Positions 9,622-18,738 of a DNA stretch of 33,202 bases are shown here, one piece after another. The stretch is from Clostridia bacterium (GTDB lineage Bacteria; Bacillota; Clostridia; Christensenellales; CAG-138): positions 1 to 33,202 of the forward strand of contig JAUMVL010000001.1 in the NCBI GenBank assembly GCA_030530185.1, given 5' to 3'. The number at the start of each line of letters is the position of its first letter. Positions within the stretch are counted from its first letter, which is position 1. A model generated the notes under the pieces. The model saw nothing but the letters and a program-made list of their open reading frames with translations. It did no database searches and was not told the DNA's origin. The position numbers and the translations under genes were made by a program.

Positions 9622-10644
9622 ATGTTTTTCTATTTCCCTGTCAAGCAAACGGACGGCACGGTGATCGGACGCGTCCGCGCCGAAAACGGTCGTGCGGTAT
9701 TGACACTTTCCCATCCGATCCAAGCGGATTTTTCCCTGTTTGCAGACGGCAATCCCGTCCCGCTGCTGCCGGACCAATCCGTTTCGGCGAATGTTCCAGA
9801 GGGGCTGATCGGCCTGAAGGACGGGGAGATCGTCTGCAGCGGGACCACGCCAAGCAGCAGCCTCAGTCCAAGGCAAATGCAGCAAGCTCTGTCCCGAATT
9901 CGCACCAGTCAAAGCAAGCAATCGACAGAATTCGCCAAAGAAGAACCGTCGAAACAAAAGGAAACCACGCAGCCTTTGCAAAACGAACCGAATTTCGTCG
10001 GCAATGCAATCCAAGATGGTGTATTTTTTTCGCAAGATAGGGAGGATCTTCGCTCAGACGCATTCGACACAAATCCAATTTGGGAGCAGCGGCCCAGCGA
10101 ACCGATCAACCGGGAAAATCCCCTTTATTTATGGGCAAAATCGGTTTTTTCCCGTTTGACACGCCGCTCCGATTCAAACGAGGAAAATGATTCTTTAGAC
10201 CCGAAAACGGTGCATAACGTGGATAATTCGGTGGATAACTCGTCGGAAATCTTTCAGCACATGAACCAAAAACAGGATACTCCTGTGTATTCGGACGGTC
10301 GAACCGTACCGAACCGGCAGGATACAGCGTCGGCTGCCCCGCAAAACGAGGGGAATTCGGGCGGGCGTTCAGACCCGCTGCTCGGATGGCGGGGCACCCC
10401 CCTGCAGCGAATCACGTTGTTCCCGCGAATTTTTCCGGGCGCAACGTGGCGATTCGTTGCAGATGACGGGATCGTGCCGCATTTTGAGGGGACCTGGCAG
10501 CACGGCGGCGAGCGGATTCGCATCCTTGCGGTGCGCGGCACCTATGCGCCGCAGCCGCCCGAGGGCTTGTCGGGGTTCACGCGCTATCTGCGCGCGGATG
10601 GAGCAGGCTACTGGGTGCGGCTGATTTCGCTCGGGCGGGTATAA
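9622..10644 (+). CDS. hypothetical protein (no family recognised)
   Basis: 340 aa with GAGGTG RBS 7 nt upstream. Structured N- and C-terminal parts flank a Ser/Gln/Glu/Asn-rich low-complexity middle. Ends at a terminator hairpin. Confidence 0.55.
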   Translation: MFFYFPVKQTDGTVIGRVRAENGRAVLTLSHPIQADFSLFADGNPVPLLPDQSVSANVPEGLIGLKDGEIVCSGTTPSSSLSPRQMQQALSRIRTSQSKQSTEFAKEEPSKQKETTQPLQNEPNFVGNAIQDGVFFSQDREDLRSDAFDTNPIWEQRPSEPINRENPLYLWAKSVFSRLTRRSDSNEENDSLDPKTVHNVDNSVDNSSEIFQHMNQKQDTPVYSDGRTVPNRQDTASAAPQNEGNSGGRSDPLLGWRGTPLQRITLFPRIFPGATWRFVADDGIVPHFEGTWQHGGERIRILAVRGTYAPQPPEGLSGFTRYLRADGAGYWVRLISLGRV

Positions 10645-10667
10645 AAAAGTCCGCTCTTGCGGACTTT
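10643..10667. terminator. terminator hairpin between convergent genes (better tail on the minus strand)
   Basis: Arm aaagtccgc (10646-10654), loop tctt, arm gcggacttt (10659-10667). The minus-strand tail is tttttt. Confidence 0.6.
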
Positions 10668-10726
10668 CGGCCAAAGGGGAGGGAAGCAACCATCGGTTCG
10701 GGCAACTGCCTGCTCTTCTGTGCGCG

Positions 10727-12973
10727 TTACGGCAGAACCTCCGGATCGGTCAAAAAAACGACTGCATCGGAAACGCCCGGCTTTACGCCGAACGTGCGTC
10801 CCTCAAGCGACAGCAGCGACAACTCCCTGCCGCGGTAAACGAGCGATGCCGCCGTATCGTCGGCGAGCGCGAACGCAAGCCGCGCCCCGCCGCGCCGCAT
10901 TGCCTCGGCAGCTTCGGACATTGTGAGCAGCAGATCAGGGTCGTGCAGCGATATGATCGCAAGATAATGGAACGGATCGGAGTAGCCGAATGCAACGCGT
11001 GCCGCCGAAACGGGCTTGGCCGCAACGACCGGTTTGATCTCCCCATGCTCCACCAGCAGCGGGCCCGGAGAGAAGCAGTTTTGCACGCCGGCCTCCTTCA
11101 GCGCTTCGGCGTTCGTTTCCCCGATCTGATACGCGCGGATCGTACCGTTCGGCAGCAGCGCATAGGACGGCGCCTCAAGCCGATCATAGTATACAACGCC
11201 GTTGCGGATCAGAATCCCCTTGCGTGCCGAAGTCAGACCGATATAATCGCCCGTAAAAGCGACAACCGCGTGCGCGCGCCGCGCAAGCGTTTCGGGCGAT
11301 TCCTTTTTCATTTGAATGTAACGGCCGCTTGCGTCCGGCGTCGAGACGCTGCCCTGCGGCAGCGCGTCCGAGCAGGCAAGCAGGTCAACCCGGAACAGCG
11401 GCTTCGGTTCGCTCTGATCGAGCCAGACGGTTGCCGCACCGAACGCATTCAGGTACATCCACGGTCCCTTCTCGGGATCAAGCTCATCCGAATAGGCCGC
11501 GGCGGCCGCCCGCCCCGCTGCAAACGTTGATTCTCCCGGGACAAGCCCGACCGTCATGATTTGATCGGTATAGGTCAGTCCGATCGTATGATACGCGCCC
11601 GCAGCGACCGCAGCGACGTTGACCCAGTTTGATACGTCGCACTGTCCCGCGGAATTGTCCCCGCAGGCGACAACGGTGCCGTCGGTTTTGACGCCCACCG
11701 TAAAGCATGCGCCGCAGTCGATCGCAACGATGTCCGTCCAATCGGAAACATCGCATTGATGATACGTATTGTCCCCGCAGGCAACAACTGTGCCGTCGGC
11801 CCTTAATCCGACCGTATGCCAAAGTCCCGCCGAAACGGCAATCATGCCTTCCCAATCGGAAACGTCGCACTGCGTTTTCGCATTGCTGCCGCAGGCGACG
11901 ACGTGTCCGCTCTTGGTCAGCCCAACCGAATGCCACAATCCCGCCGCGACCGCTGTGATATGGTTCCATCGCTGCACGTTCGTTCTGCCGCACACGTTCG
12001 CTCCGATTCCGGTCACGGAACCATTCTCATGCAAAAACAGCGCGTGCGTCAGCCCGGCGGACAGATCGGTCACGTCCGTGAACGCAGCGAGCGTATCCGG
12101 ATCGCCGAATGTTTCGTTCCACGGAATTACCTGTCCGTCGTTCAAGCTGAACGTGCTTGCAAAACCGGAGACGACCCGACCGGCATTTCCACCCGGAGCA
12201 GAAATGCGCGCATCGCCTTTGACCCACGGCAAACCGGATTGCGAGCACCCGGCCGAATGCCACAAACCCGCGCTGATGCGATTGTTTGCCTCGATGCGTG
12301 CCGCGGAAAACTCCTGTGCCTGCAATTTGACCAGCCGTTCCGCCTCCTGCCTGGCAGCTGACGTGCCGAGGGCGTTCAGCGAAGCGATGGTCTCGTCATA
12401 GTTGCGCCCTGTAAAGGCTGCAAGAATGGATTGGAACGACAACTGATCCGAGAGCGCTTTGGCACGCTGTTCAGCGTCCCGATAGCCGGCAATCATCGCA
12501 AAGCGCGCCTGCGCTTCCACGAGATTATCGTTTGCCTGCAGCGTCTCGGCCTCGCGATAGGCCAGCTCATTTCGCAGCTCCCTTGCACGAACCGGATCGC
12601 GATCGTCGAGCAAAGCCGCTGCCGTTTTGAGATCGTCGTTTTCAATCGCATCGGCGATCTGCCGTTCGATGGCCTGCTCAGCCGCCAACGTGCAGAGCCG
12701 CGCGTCCTCGGCCGCGCGGAGATCCTCCAGCAGTTCCGCAAGCTCCTTTGCGCGATCCGATCCGAGCGGGCGCCGCGAAAGCGTATCGATCGCCTCTTGC
12801 AGCATTGCTTCGGCCAAAGCGTAAGGCGCATTCGCTGCCGCTGCTTTTGTGTTCTCGTAGAGCGCCTCGTTTGAAAAAAACAGCACACCAAAGCCCGCCG
12901 CAGCTGCAAGGATGAGCGCGACGGGAATCAAAAGCAGCCATTTTTTGCGATTTTGGCGCGCAGGTTGTTCCAT
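10727..12973 (-). CDS. membrane-anchored protein with a coiled/helical region, RCC1-like repeats and a C-terminal phosphodiester glycosidase (DUF2233/NAGPA-like) domain
   Basis: 748 aa. N-terminal TM (WLLLIPVALILAAAAGFGVLFF). Blades such as AAGLWHSVGLTKSGHVVACGSNAKTQCDVSDW / SAGLWHTVGLRADGTVVACGDNTYHQCDVSDW. The C-terminal ~220 aa resemble phosphodiester glycosidase family proteins. Confidence 0.8.
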   Translation of the reverse strand: MEQPARQNRKKWLLLIPVALILAAAAGFGVLFFSNEALYENTKAAAANAPYALAEAMLQEAIDTLSRRPLGSDRAKELAELLEDLRAAEDARLCTLAAEQAIERQIADAIENDDLKTAAALLDDRDPVRARELRNELAYREAETLQANDNLVEAQARFAMIAGYRDAEQRAKALSDQLSFQSILAAFTGRNYDETIASLNALGTSAARQEAERLVKLQAQEFSAARIEANNRISAGLWHSAGCSQSGLPWVKGDARISAPGGNAGRVVSGFASTFSLNDGQVIPWNETFGDPDTLAAFTDVTDLSAGLTHALFLHENGSVTGIGANVCGRTNVQRWNHITAVAAGLWHSVGLTKSGHVVACGSNAKTQCDVSDWEGMIAVSAGLWHTVGLRADGTVVACGDNTYHQCDVSDWTDIVAIDCGACFTVGVKTDGTVVACGDNSAGQCDVSNWVNVAAVAAGAYHTIGLTYTDQIMTVGLVPGESTFAAGRAAAAAYSDELDPEKGPWMYLNAFGAATVWLDQSEPKPLFRVDLLACSDALPQGSVSTPDASGRYIQMKKESPETLARRAHAVVAFTGDYIGLTSARKGILIRNGVVYYDRLEAPSYALLPNGTIRAYQIGETNAEALKEAGVQNCFSPGPLLVEHGEIKPVVAAKPVSAARVAFGYSDPFHYLAIISLHDPDLLLTMSEAAEAMRRGGARLAFALADDTAASLVYRGRELSLLSLEGRTFGVKPGVSDAVVFLTDPEVLP

Positions 12974-15276
12974 CAGTCCTCCGTAATCACAAACAGCATT
13001 GCGGAAAAGTCGCCCTGCATGTGCATCTTGTCGGAATAGCCGGTCCCGATAAACGAACGGTGCAGCCGCACGCCCGTCCCAAGCTGTGCGCCCGAAGCGC
13101 GATATGACTCGGCGTAATCGTCCATCTTGAGACGCTTGTCCGCAGCCAGCAGCAGATGGCTGTAAGCGCGAAGCTTGACCGGTAAAATGTGCTTTAACAG
13201 CGTGCCGAAGCCGCCGACCAGCAGCGGGCTTTTTACCTGCCGAAGCGTGTAGGTCTTGTCGGGATCGAGCCCCGTTACGGTCAAAAGATCATTCGGCTGC
13301 GCCGCGGGTACGAGCGTTTTACACCGCATCACGACGGTCTGTTTCCCGGTCTGCGCCTGCCATTGAACGATGTGCGGATCGCCGGTTTCCACGCGGGAGA
13401 ACGTGCCGAACTGACAGGTGCGGCGGATCGTGCGGTACTCGGATAAAAGCGCCGTTAAAACTTTGCGCTCGATCGGCTTCAGGTCCATCGGATCGAGCTC
13501 GAGCCCAAACGCGCCGAACGCTGCGACCGCAAAGCGGGTGAACAGCGGCGTATTGCGCAGCGTCTGCTGATGCGGCGCCATTGAAACGTGCGCGCCCATC
13601 GTGCTGACCGGATAGAACAGCGACAGTCCGCCCTGAATCTTCAACCGCTCGATCGGATCGGTGTCGTCCGACGACCAGATCTGTTGGGCAAAACACAGGT
13701 GACCGAGATCGAACCGCCCGCCGCCCGATGCGCATCCCTCTAAGAGGATTTGCGGACGCGGCCCGAAGATGCGGGTCAGCACCTCGTAATAGCCGATCAT
13801 ATAGCGGTGCAAAAACGCGCCGTCCTCAAAATCGCTGACCTTGCGGTTCATGTCCCACTTGACATAGGCGATCGGGCAGGTGTCGAGGATGTGCGTCATG
13901 TTTTCGACGATGTAATCGCGCACCGCAGGCAGCGTCAGATTCAGCATCTTTTGGTGCCGCCCGAGCGAGGGCTTGCGATTCGGCCGCACAATCGCCCAAT
14001 CGGGATGCGCGCGATACAAATCGGAATCGTCGTTTACATTCTCCGGCTCAAACCACAGCCCGAATTGCATGCCGAGCGCATTGACCTTTTTCCCAAGTCC
14101 CTCTAATCCCTCAGGGAGCTTTTTTCGATTGACCGTATAATCCCCAAGCCCCGCCGAATCGGTGTTGCGCGCACCGAACCAGCCGTCATCCAGCACGAAC
14201 AGCTCACAGCCGAGACGCTTGCCGCGTTTCGCTAAGCGCAAGAGCGAGTTCTGCCGAAATTGAAAAAAATTCGCTTCCCAATTGTTGATCAGGATCGGTC
14301 GTTCCTTCGTTTGCCAGTCGCCGCGTACAATCCGTTTTTGAACGAATCGGTGGAAGTTTTGCGACATACCGTTTTTGCCGCGCGTCGAAACCGTCAAAAC
14401 CGCCTCGGGGGTCTCAAAAACTTCGCCCGGCTGCAGCTCCCAAAGGAAGCAGTATGGATTGATGCCGCCGGTGATGCGAACCAAGCCCACAGGGCTCAAC
14501 TCCGCAGCGGTCTGGTGATTGCCGCCGTAGACGAGATTGAAGCCGTACACCAAGCCGGTATCCTCAGTCGCCCCGCGCGAAACGAGCGCAAGCGCGGGAT
14601 TGTTCCGATGCTGGGAAAAGCTTGTGCTTTCGTTGACGATCGCGCCGGTTTTGAGCGGCCGCTCAATCACCTGCGCTTCGCGGATCCATCCGCCCGACAG
14701 CGTCACAACCGTATAGCCGCGATCCGGCAGATCGATCGAATAGCTCATCAGCTTTTTGATCAAAAGTGTACCTTCGGATTCGTTGCGCAGCACCGCACGC
14801 CGCGCAATTACATTTTCTTCCGCATACACCGTATAAAGAAGGTCGAGATACACTGCAAACGCTTTGTCCCTGAGCGTGACGATCAGCGTTTCGGCGCCCT
14901 CGCCGGTGCTTTGCGGCAGCGTATGCATCTTCGGCGCTCCCGTCTCGATTCGATACGAATCATACACAAAGTCGCAGGTAAAGCTGCCGTCCGGCAGTTT
15001 CAATTCGATCGGTGTCACGCGAAAATCGCCTTTGCCGACGCCCGACCATTCGAGGGGCAGCTCCTCGAGACAATAGGACGGATCGGCCTGCTCGTCATAC
15101 AGCACCGCGCTTCCGTGCGTCAATTCGTGCTTGTGCCGCAGCGATTCAATTTCGCCTGCGGGCAGCCGTGTGCCGTAATGCAGCTGTTCAAGATGCCCGA
15201 AAGCCGTCGTTCGGAACCAATAGCTCGATTCCGCCGTATCCAAACGGAATACTCCGTCCGAAACCTGAATACTCAT
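12973..15276 (-). CDS. alpha-galactosidase, glycoside hydrolase family 36
   Basis: 767 aa. Motifs FVLDDGWFGARN..GLGDY and YVKWDMNR. Length and order of regions are typical of AgaA-type GH36 enzymes. Confidence 0.92.
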   Translation of the reverse strand: MSIQVSDGVFRLDTAESSYWFRTTAFGHLEQLHYGTRLPAGEIESLRHKHELTHGSAVLYDEQADPSYCLEELPLEWSGVGKGDFRVTPIELKLPDGSFTCDFVYDSYRIETGAPKMHTLPQSTGEGAETLIVTLRDKAFAVYLDLLYTVYAEENVIARRAVLRNESEGTLLIKKLMSYSIDLPDRGYTVVTLSGGWIREAQVIERPLKTGAIVNESTSFSQHRNNPALALVSRGATEDTGLVYGFNLVYGGNHQTAAELSPVGLVRITGGINPYCFLWELQPGEVFETPEAVLTVSTRGKNGMSQNFHRFVQKRIVRGDWQTKERPILINNWEANFFQFRQNSLLRLAKRGKRLGCELFVLDDGWFGARNTDSAGLGDYTVNRKKLPEGLEGLGKKVNALGMQFGLWFEPENVNDDSDLYRAHPDWAIVRPNRKPSLGRHQKMLNLTLPAVRDYIVENMTHILDTCPIAYVKWDMNRKVSDFEDGAFLHRYMIGYYEVLTRIFGPRPQILLEGCASGGGRFDLGHLCFAQQIWSSDDTDPIERLKIQGGLSLFYPVSTMGAHVSMAPHQQTLRNTPLFTRFAVAAFGAFGLELDPMDLKPIERKVLTALLSEYRTIRRTCQFGTFSRVETGDPHIVQWQAQTGKQTVVMRCKTLVPAAQPNDLLTVTGLDPDKTYTLRQVKSPLLVGGFGTLLKHILPVKLRAYSHLLLAADKRLKMDDYAESYRASGAQLGTGVRLHRSFIGTGYSDKMHMQGDFSAMLFVITED

Positions 15277-15300
15277 GTTGTGTTCCTTTCGTTGTGTAAA

Positions 15301-16134
15301 TCAATAATGGATTTCCGGCGAATAATGCTGGAAGATGCGGCAGTCATAGCGCTTTTTCAGCGTCTCATGGTCGCTGCTCGGCTCCTCGGTCCAGTAGACC
15401 GTGAATGCGCCCATCGGCCGCGCAAGACGAAGCGCCAGCGGCTGCTTCATCGAGCCGTAGGCAATAAAGTGCGGTCGGGTCAGAACATTCGTCCAAAGAT
15501 GCGACATCGCAAGGGCCGGCAAGACCGGCAGCGAGTGCCGCCAGCCCGCATAGCTTTCGGTCAGCTGCCCGCGCATCAGATCGGGCGCATGCAGCCGGAA
15601 CCAGCGCACGATGCGCCAATCGAAGCTTTCGACACAGTACGGACCCTTACAGGTGCGTAAGATCTTCAGCGTCTTTTGGCAAAGTTCCTCGTAATTCTCG
15701 GTCGACTTCAGCTCGACAATCGTCGGACTCTTGCCGTCCAGAACCGCCATGACGTCGGTAAACAGCGGGATATTGAGCTTGTCGCCATGCGTACCGAACA
15801 GAGACATCGCCTGCAGTTCTTCCAGCGTAAAGCTGTCGACGCGGCCCTTGTATTCCGTCTCCCGATCGACGATATCGTCATGGAACACGACAACCTCACC
15901 GTCCTTGGTCAGCTGTACGTCGAGCTCCACGCCGTAGCCGTGCTCAACAGCGCGTTCAAATGCCCGTAGCGTGTTTTCGGGAACCGACTGGTCCTTTTCA
16001 TAAAATCCGCGGTGTGCACAGTTCAGGTTTTGAAACGGTGCGGTCTGCTCCTTGGAGGGCTTCGCACAGGCGATTAAAAACACGTAGCCGACGCAAAGAA
16101 GCGCCAAAATCACAAGAATCATACCGATGAGCAT
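15301..16134 (-). CDS. membrane-anchored glycerophosphodiester phosphodiesterase family protein
   Basis: Start moved to ATG 16134 (MLIGMILVILALLCVGYVFLIA, a TM anchor). GDPD motif AHRGF...PENTLRAFERAVEHGYGVELDVQLTKDGEVVVFHDD. Confidence 0.85.
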   Translation of the reverse strand: MLIGMILVILALLCVGYVFLIACAKPSKEQTAPFQNLNCAHRGFYEKDQSVPENTLRAFERAVEHGYGVELDVQLTKDGEVVVFHDDIVDRETEYKGRVDSFTLEELQAMSLFGTHGDKLNIPLFTDVMAVLDGKSPTIVELKSTENYEELCQKTLKILRTCKGPYCVESFDWRIVRWFRLHAPDLMRGQLTESYAGWRHSLPVLPALAMSHLWTNVLTRPHFIAYGSMKQPLALRLARPMGAFTVYWTEEPSSDHETLKKRYDCRIFQHYSPEIHY

Positions 16135-16164
16135 AAAAGCCTCAACTCCCTTCTTCTTTGGAAG

Positions 16165-16193
16165 ATTATACCGCACCTTGTCGCATTTGAAAA
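16165..16193 (-). promoter_or_regulatory. promoter candidate TTTTCA-17-TATAAT for the GDPD gene
   Basis: Minus-strand read is ttttca aatgcgacaaggtgcgg tataat. Confidence 0.35.
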
Positions 16194-16231
16194 GACTCTG
16201 CACCGGATTCCTTCCTGTTTTTTCGCGCAGC

Positions 16232-16260
16232 TTGCGCCGCCCGAACCGGTGTGCTATACT
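16232..16260 (+). promoter_or_regulatory. promoter candidate TTGCGC-17-TATACT with TGn extension
   Basis: ttgcgc cgcccgaaccggtgtgc tatact, 25 nt upstream of the GTG start at 16285. Confidence 0.45.
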
Positions 16261-16284
16261 TGATCCGAAAAAAAGGAGGCTGCC

Positions 16285-18444
16285 GTGCACAACAATCGAA
16301 ACCGAAAGAACCTGCTATTCGCCATGCTGCTTGGTGCGCTGCTGTGTGCATGCGCCGTCCGACCCGAACCGGAACTTCTTTCGGCAACGCGGACACCGAG
16401 CGAGATCGAGACGACCTTCATCGAGGTCGTTTCACCGTCACCGACGCCGCAGCCGCATCTCGATCTGGATGCGTACTGCATCGATGCGCAAAACGGTGTT
16501 TACGACATCCTGCCGCTGCTGGAGAAAAGCGAGCAGACGCTGCTGCATGCGGGCTTTTGTGCAAAAAACGAGCTGTTATTGTTTTCCACCGATCCGCAGG
16601 GCATACAGCTGATCGTGGAGCGATTCCGTCTGGATACCGGCACGCGCAGTCTTTGCTTTTCCGAAACACTCTCCGAACCGATTCGGGAGGCGGACGCCTT
16701 TTTATACTACGGCATGAATCCGCCCGCTTTGTATGACGCTGCCGCAGACGAGCTGCTGCTCTTTTCCTCCGACTGTACAGCGCTTACGCGGCTGCCCGTG
16801 AACGGACTCATCTTTTCCGAATGCCGGTGGGACGGACATTTCCTTTTGCTGTTTGACGAAGCCGACCGAACGTTGAAACGGTTTACGCCGGACGGTACCG
16901 AAACAGCGATCTTTCACCCCGGCTACCAATATCGCAACGGATCGCTGCTGTCTTTCGACCGGGACGGACGGTATGCGTCGATCACCGCAACCGATAACCG
17001 CACCGACGAGGACGGAACGCTCCTGATCGACCTGTCGAACGGTTCGATTCTCGGTTGGCAACCGGGCGAGGTTCGCCTTGCTTTCTCGGAAAACGGATAT
17101 GCGACGCTGACCCGCAACTATGAATGGAACGAAGCGGAAAGCCGAACCGAATTGGTCTTCAAATCCGCCGACAAATTGGATGCGGATACGGTCTACCTCG
17201 TTCGGCAGGAGCGCACGGACTATTATCCGACAATCTATCCGGCGGCAGGAAGCTATTTGTTCGAGGACTGGAACGGCGATTATACGCTGCGGGTCGCGGA
17301 GGCATCCGGACAGAACGCAATGCGTCTTATCGTCCCGCTCGATCCGTATCAGGCCATTGCCGATGCGATGCGTGAAGCCGCACCGACGCCGGATCCCGAC
17401 CGGGAGGAGGACGGAGACGACCTGTGGTTTCTTTACCCGCGGACAGAACGCGACGGCTTCGACGGGCATTATACGCTGACCTCGGTGCTGTGCGGAACCG
17501 AGCGGATCGGTATGCTGCTTTGGGATACATCGCGCGGTGAATCGGAAACGACTCCGGGCATTACAATGGCGGAGCCGCTGTTTGTCCCGATTCCGACCGT
17601 CTTGATCGACTGCGGCGACTTTGCGGAGCGAATTGCGCGCATCCATGACTCGTATGGAATTACCGTGCTGCTGGGGGAGGAAGCAAACCTTTCGATGGGA
17701 ACGCATAGCGCCGAGCCGCTGCCGATTGCCGCGAACCGGGACTTGCTTGATTCGGCGTTCGACATTTTGGAAAGCACGCTGTCCGACTACCCGCCGCAGT
17801 TTTTCCAAACGCTTTGCCAAGGCTCCCTTGATGGAATCGTCCTGGAATTCTGCGGCACGATCCGCTCCACGGACACCACGTCGCTCGACTTCCCGTCCGC
17901 GCTGACGCGCACGCTCGATCGCTACCGCGTGATCGTTTTGGATACGCATTTTCTCTCCGACATGCGATATACGATCTTTCACGAAGTCTCGCACATGATT
18001 GACACCAAGCTCGATGACGACCCGAATCTCGACGAAGCGATCTGGAGCAGCGAGGGATGGGACGCGCTGAACCCAAGCGGGTTTTCGTATTACTTTGCCT
18101 ATAACGAAGAGGATGGCGATCCGTATGACGTCGTCGGCTCCTCGGATTATACCGAATGGGACAGCGCGTATCAGGAGCACGGCAAGCAGGAAGCGGTGTA
18201 CTTTGTCGATATCTATTCCAAAACCTTCCCGACCGAGGATCGCGCGGTTCTGCTCGGAACGCTGCTGCGCGATGACGAAAACGATGCTCTTTTGCGCTGC
18301 CCGCATCTGTTTGAAAAGCTCTGCTACTATGCGCGCGCGATCCGCGCCTGCTTCGATCCGGGCGGAACGCTGTGGCCCGAGCCGACTGTTTGGGAACGTC
18401 GGATCGAATCGCTGCAAAATGATATTGGGGAGAATGCAGCGTAA
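16285..18444 (+). CDS. putative lipoprotein with a C-terminal HExxH (zinc metallopeptidase-like) motif
   Basis: 719 aa. GTG start with AGGAGG 6 nt upstream. Signal peptide with a lipobox-like LLGALLCAC. HEVSH encoded at 17980-17994. No family recognised by eye. Confidence 0.65.
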   Translation: MHNNRNRKNLLFAMLLGALLCACAVRPEPELLSATRTPSEIETTFIEVVSPSPTPQPHLDLDAYCIDAQNGVYDILPLLEKSEQTLLHAGFCAKNELLLFSTDPQGIQLIVERFRLDTGTRSLCFSETLSEPIREADAFLYYGMNPPALYDAAADELLLFSSDCTALTRLPVNGLIFSECRWDGHFLLLFDEADRTLKRFTPDGTETAIFHPGYQYRNGSLLSFDRDGRYASITATDNRTDEDGTLLIDLSNGSILGWQPGEVRLAFSENGYATLTRNYEWNEAESRTELVFKSADKLDADTVYLVRQERTDYYPTIYPAAGSYLFEDWNGDYTLRVAEASGQNAMRLIVPLDPYQAIADAMREAAPTPDPDREEDGDDLWFLYPRTERDGFDGHYTLTSVLCGTERIGMLLWDTSRGESETTPGITMAEPLFVPIPTVLIDCGDFAERIARIHDSYGITVLLGEEANLSMGTHSAEPLPIAANRDLLDSAFDILESTLSDYPPQFFQTLCQGSLDGIVLEFCGTIRSTDTTSLDFPSALTRTLDRYRVIVLDTHFLSDMRYTIFHEVSHMIDTKLDDDPNLDEAIWSSEGWDALNPSGFSYYFAYNEEDGDPYDVVGSSDYTEWDSAYQEHGKQEAVYFVDIYSKTFPTEDRAVLLGTLLRDDENDALLRCPHLFEKLCYYARAIRACFDPGGTLWPEPTVWERRIESLQNDIGENAA

Positions 18445-18494
18445 GTATCAAATACGCGGAACCGGCACATGCTACCGAAAAAGGAGGAATGTGC

Positions 18495-18659
18495 ATGTCT
18501 TACGGAACGCAAACGATCGGCTGTGAGGTGACCAGCTGCCTATTTCATCAAAAAGGCAACACCTGCCGGTTAAACAGCATCACGGTCCATCCCGCACCGG
18601 GCTGCTTTTCCGGCACCGAAGATGAGAGCCGCTGCGGCTCATATGCCAAAAGAAGCTGA
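18495..18659 (+). CDS. DUF1540 domain-containing small Cys-rich protein
   Basis: Hand-translated 54 aa: MSYGTQTIGCEVTSCLFHQKGNTCRLNSITVHPAPGCFSGTEDESRCGSYAKRS. AAGGAGG RBS 7 nt upstream. Below the ORF-track size cut-off. Confidence 0.75.
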   Translation: MSYGTQTIGCEVTSCLFHQKGNTCRLNSITVHPAPGCFSGTEDESRCGSYAKRS

Positions 18660-18684
18660 AGCCCTGATCTTCCCGCTATGTACA

Positions 18685-18716
18685 AAGAATCCCGCACAGC
18701 ACTGTGCGGGATTCTT
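18685..18716. terminator. shared terminator hairpin between the convergent DUF1540 and ferredoxin genes
   Basis: Perfect 14-bp stem aagaatcccgcaca / tgtgcgggattctt with a 4-nt loop, followed by ttgtgtt on the plus strand. Confidence 0.65.
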
Positions 18717-18738
18717 TTGTGTTCTGTGTGAAAACGGA

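Noticed and set aside
14260-15660. 466-aa plus-strand ORF
   Set aside because: It lies antisense to the well-supported GH36 alpha-galactosidase and GDPD genes. Its Arg/Ala-rich composition is typical of the mirror frame of high-GC genes. It has no RBS and no recognisable motif.
16702-18417. 571-aa minus-strand ORF
   Set aside because: It lies antisense to the lipoprotein gene, which has an RBS, a signal peptide and sensible composition. The antisense product is extremely Arg-rich, has no motifs and is almost exactly co-extensive with the sense gene.
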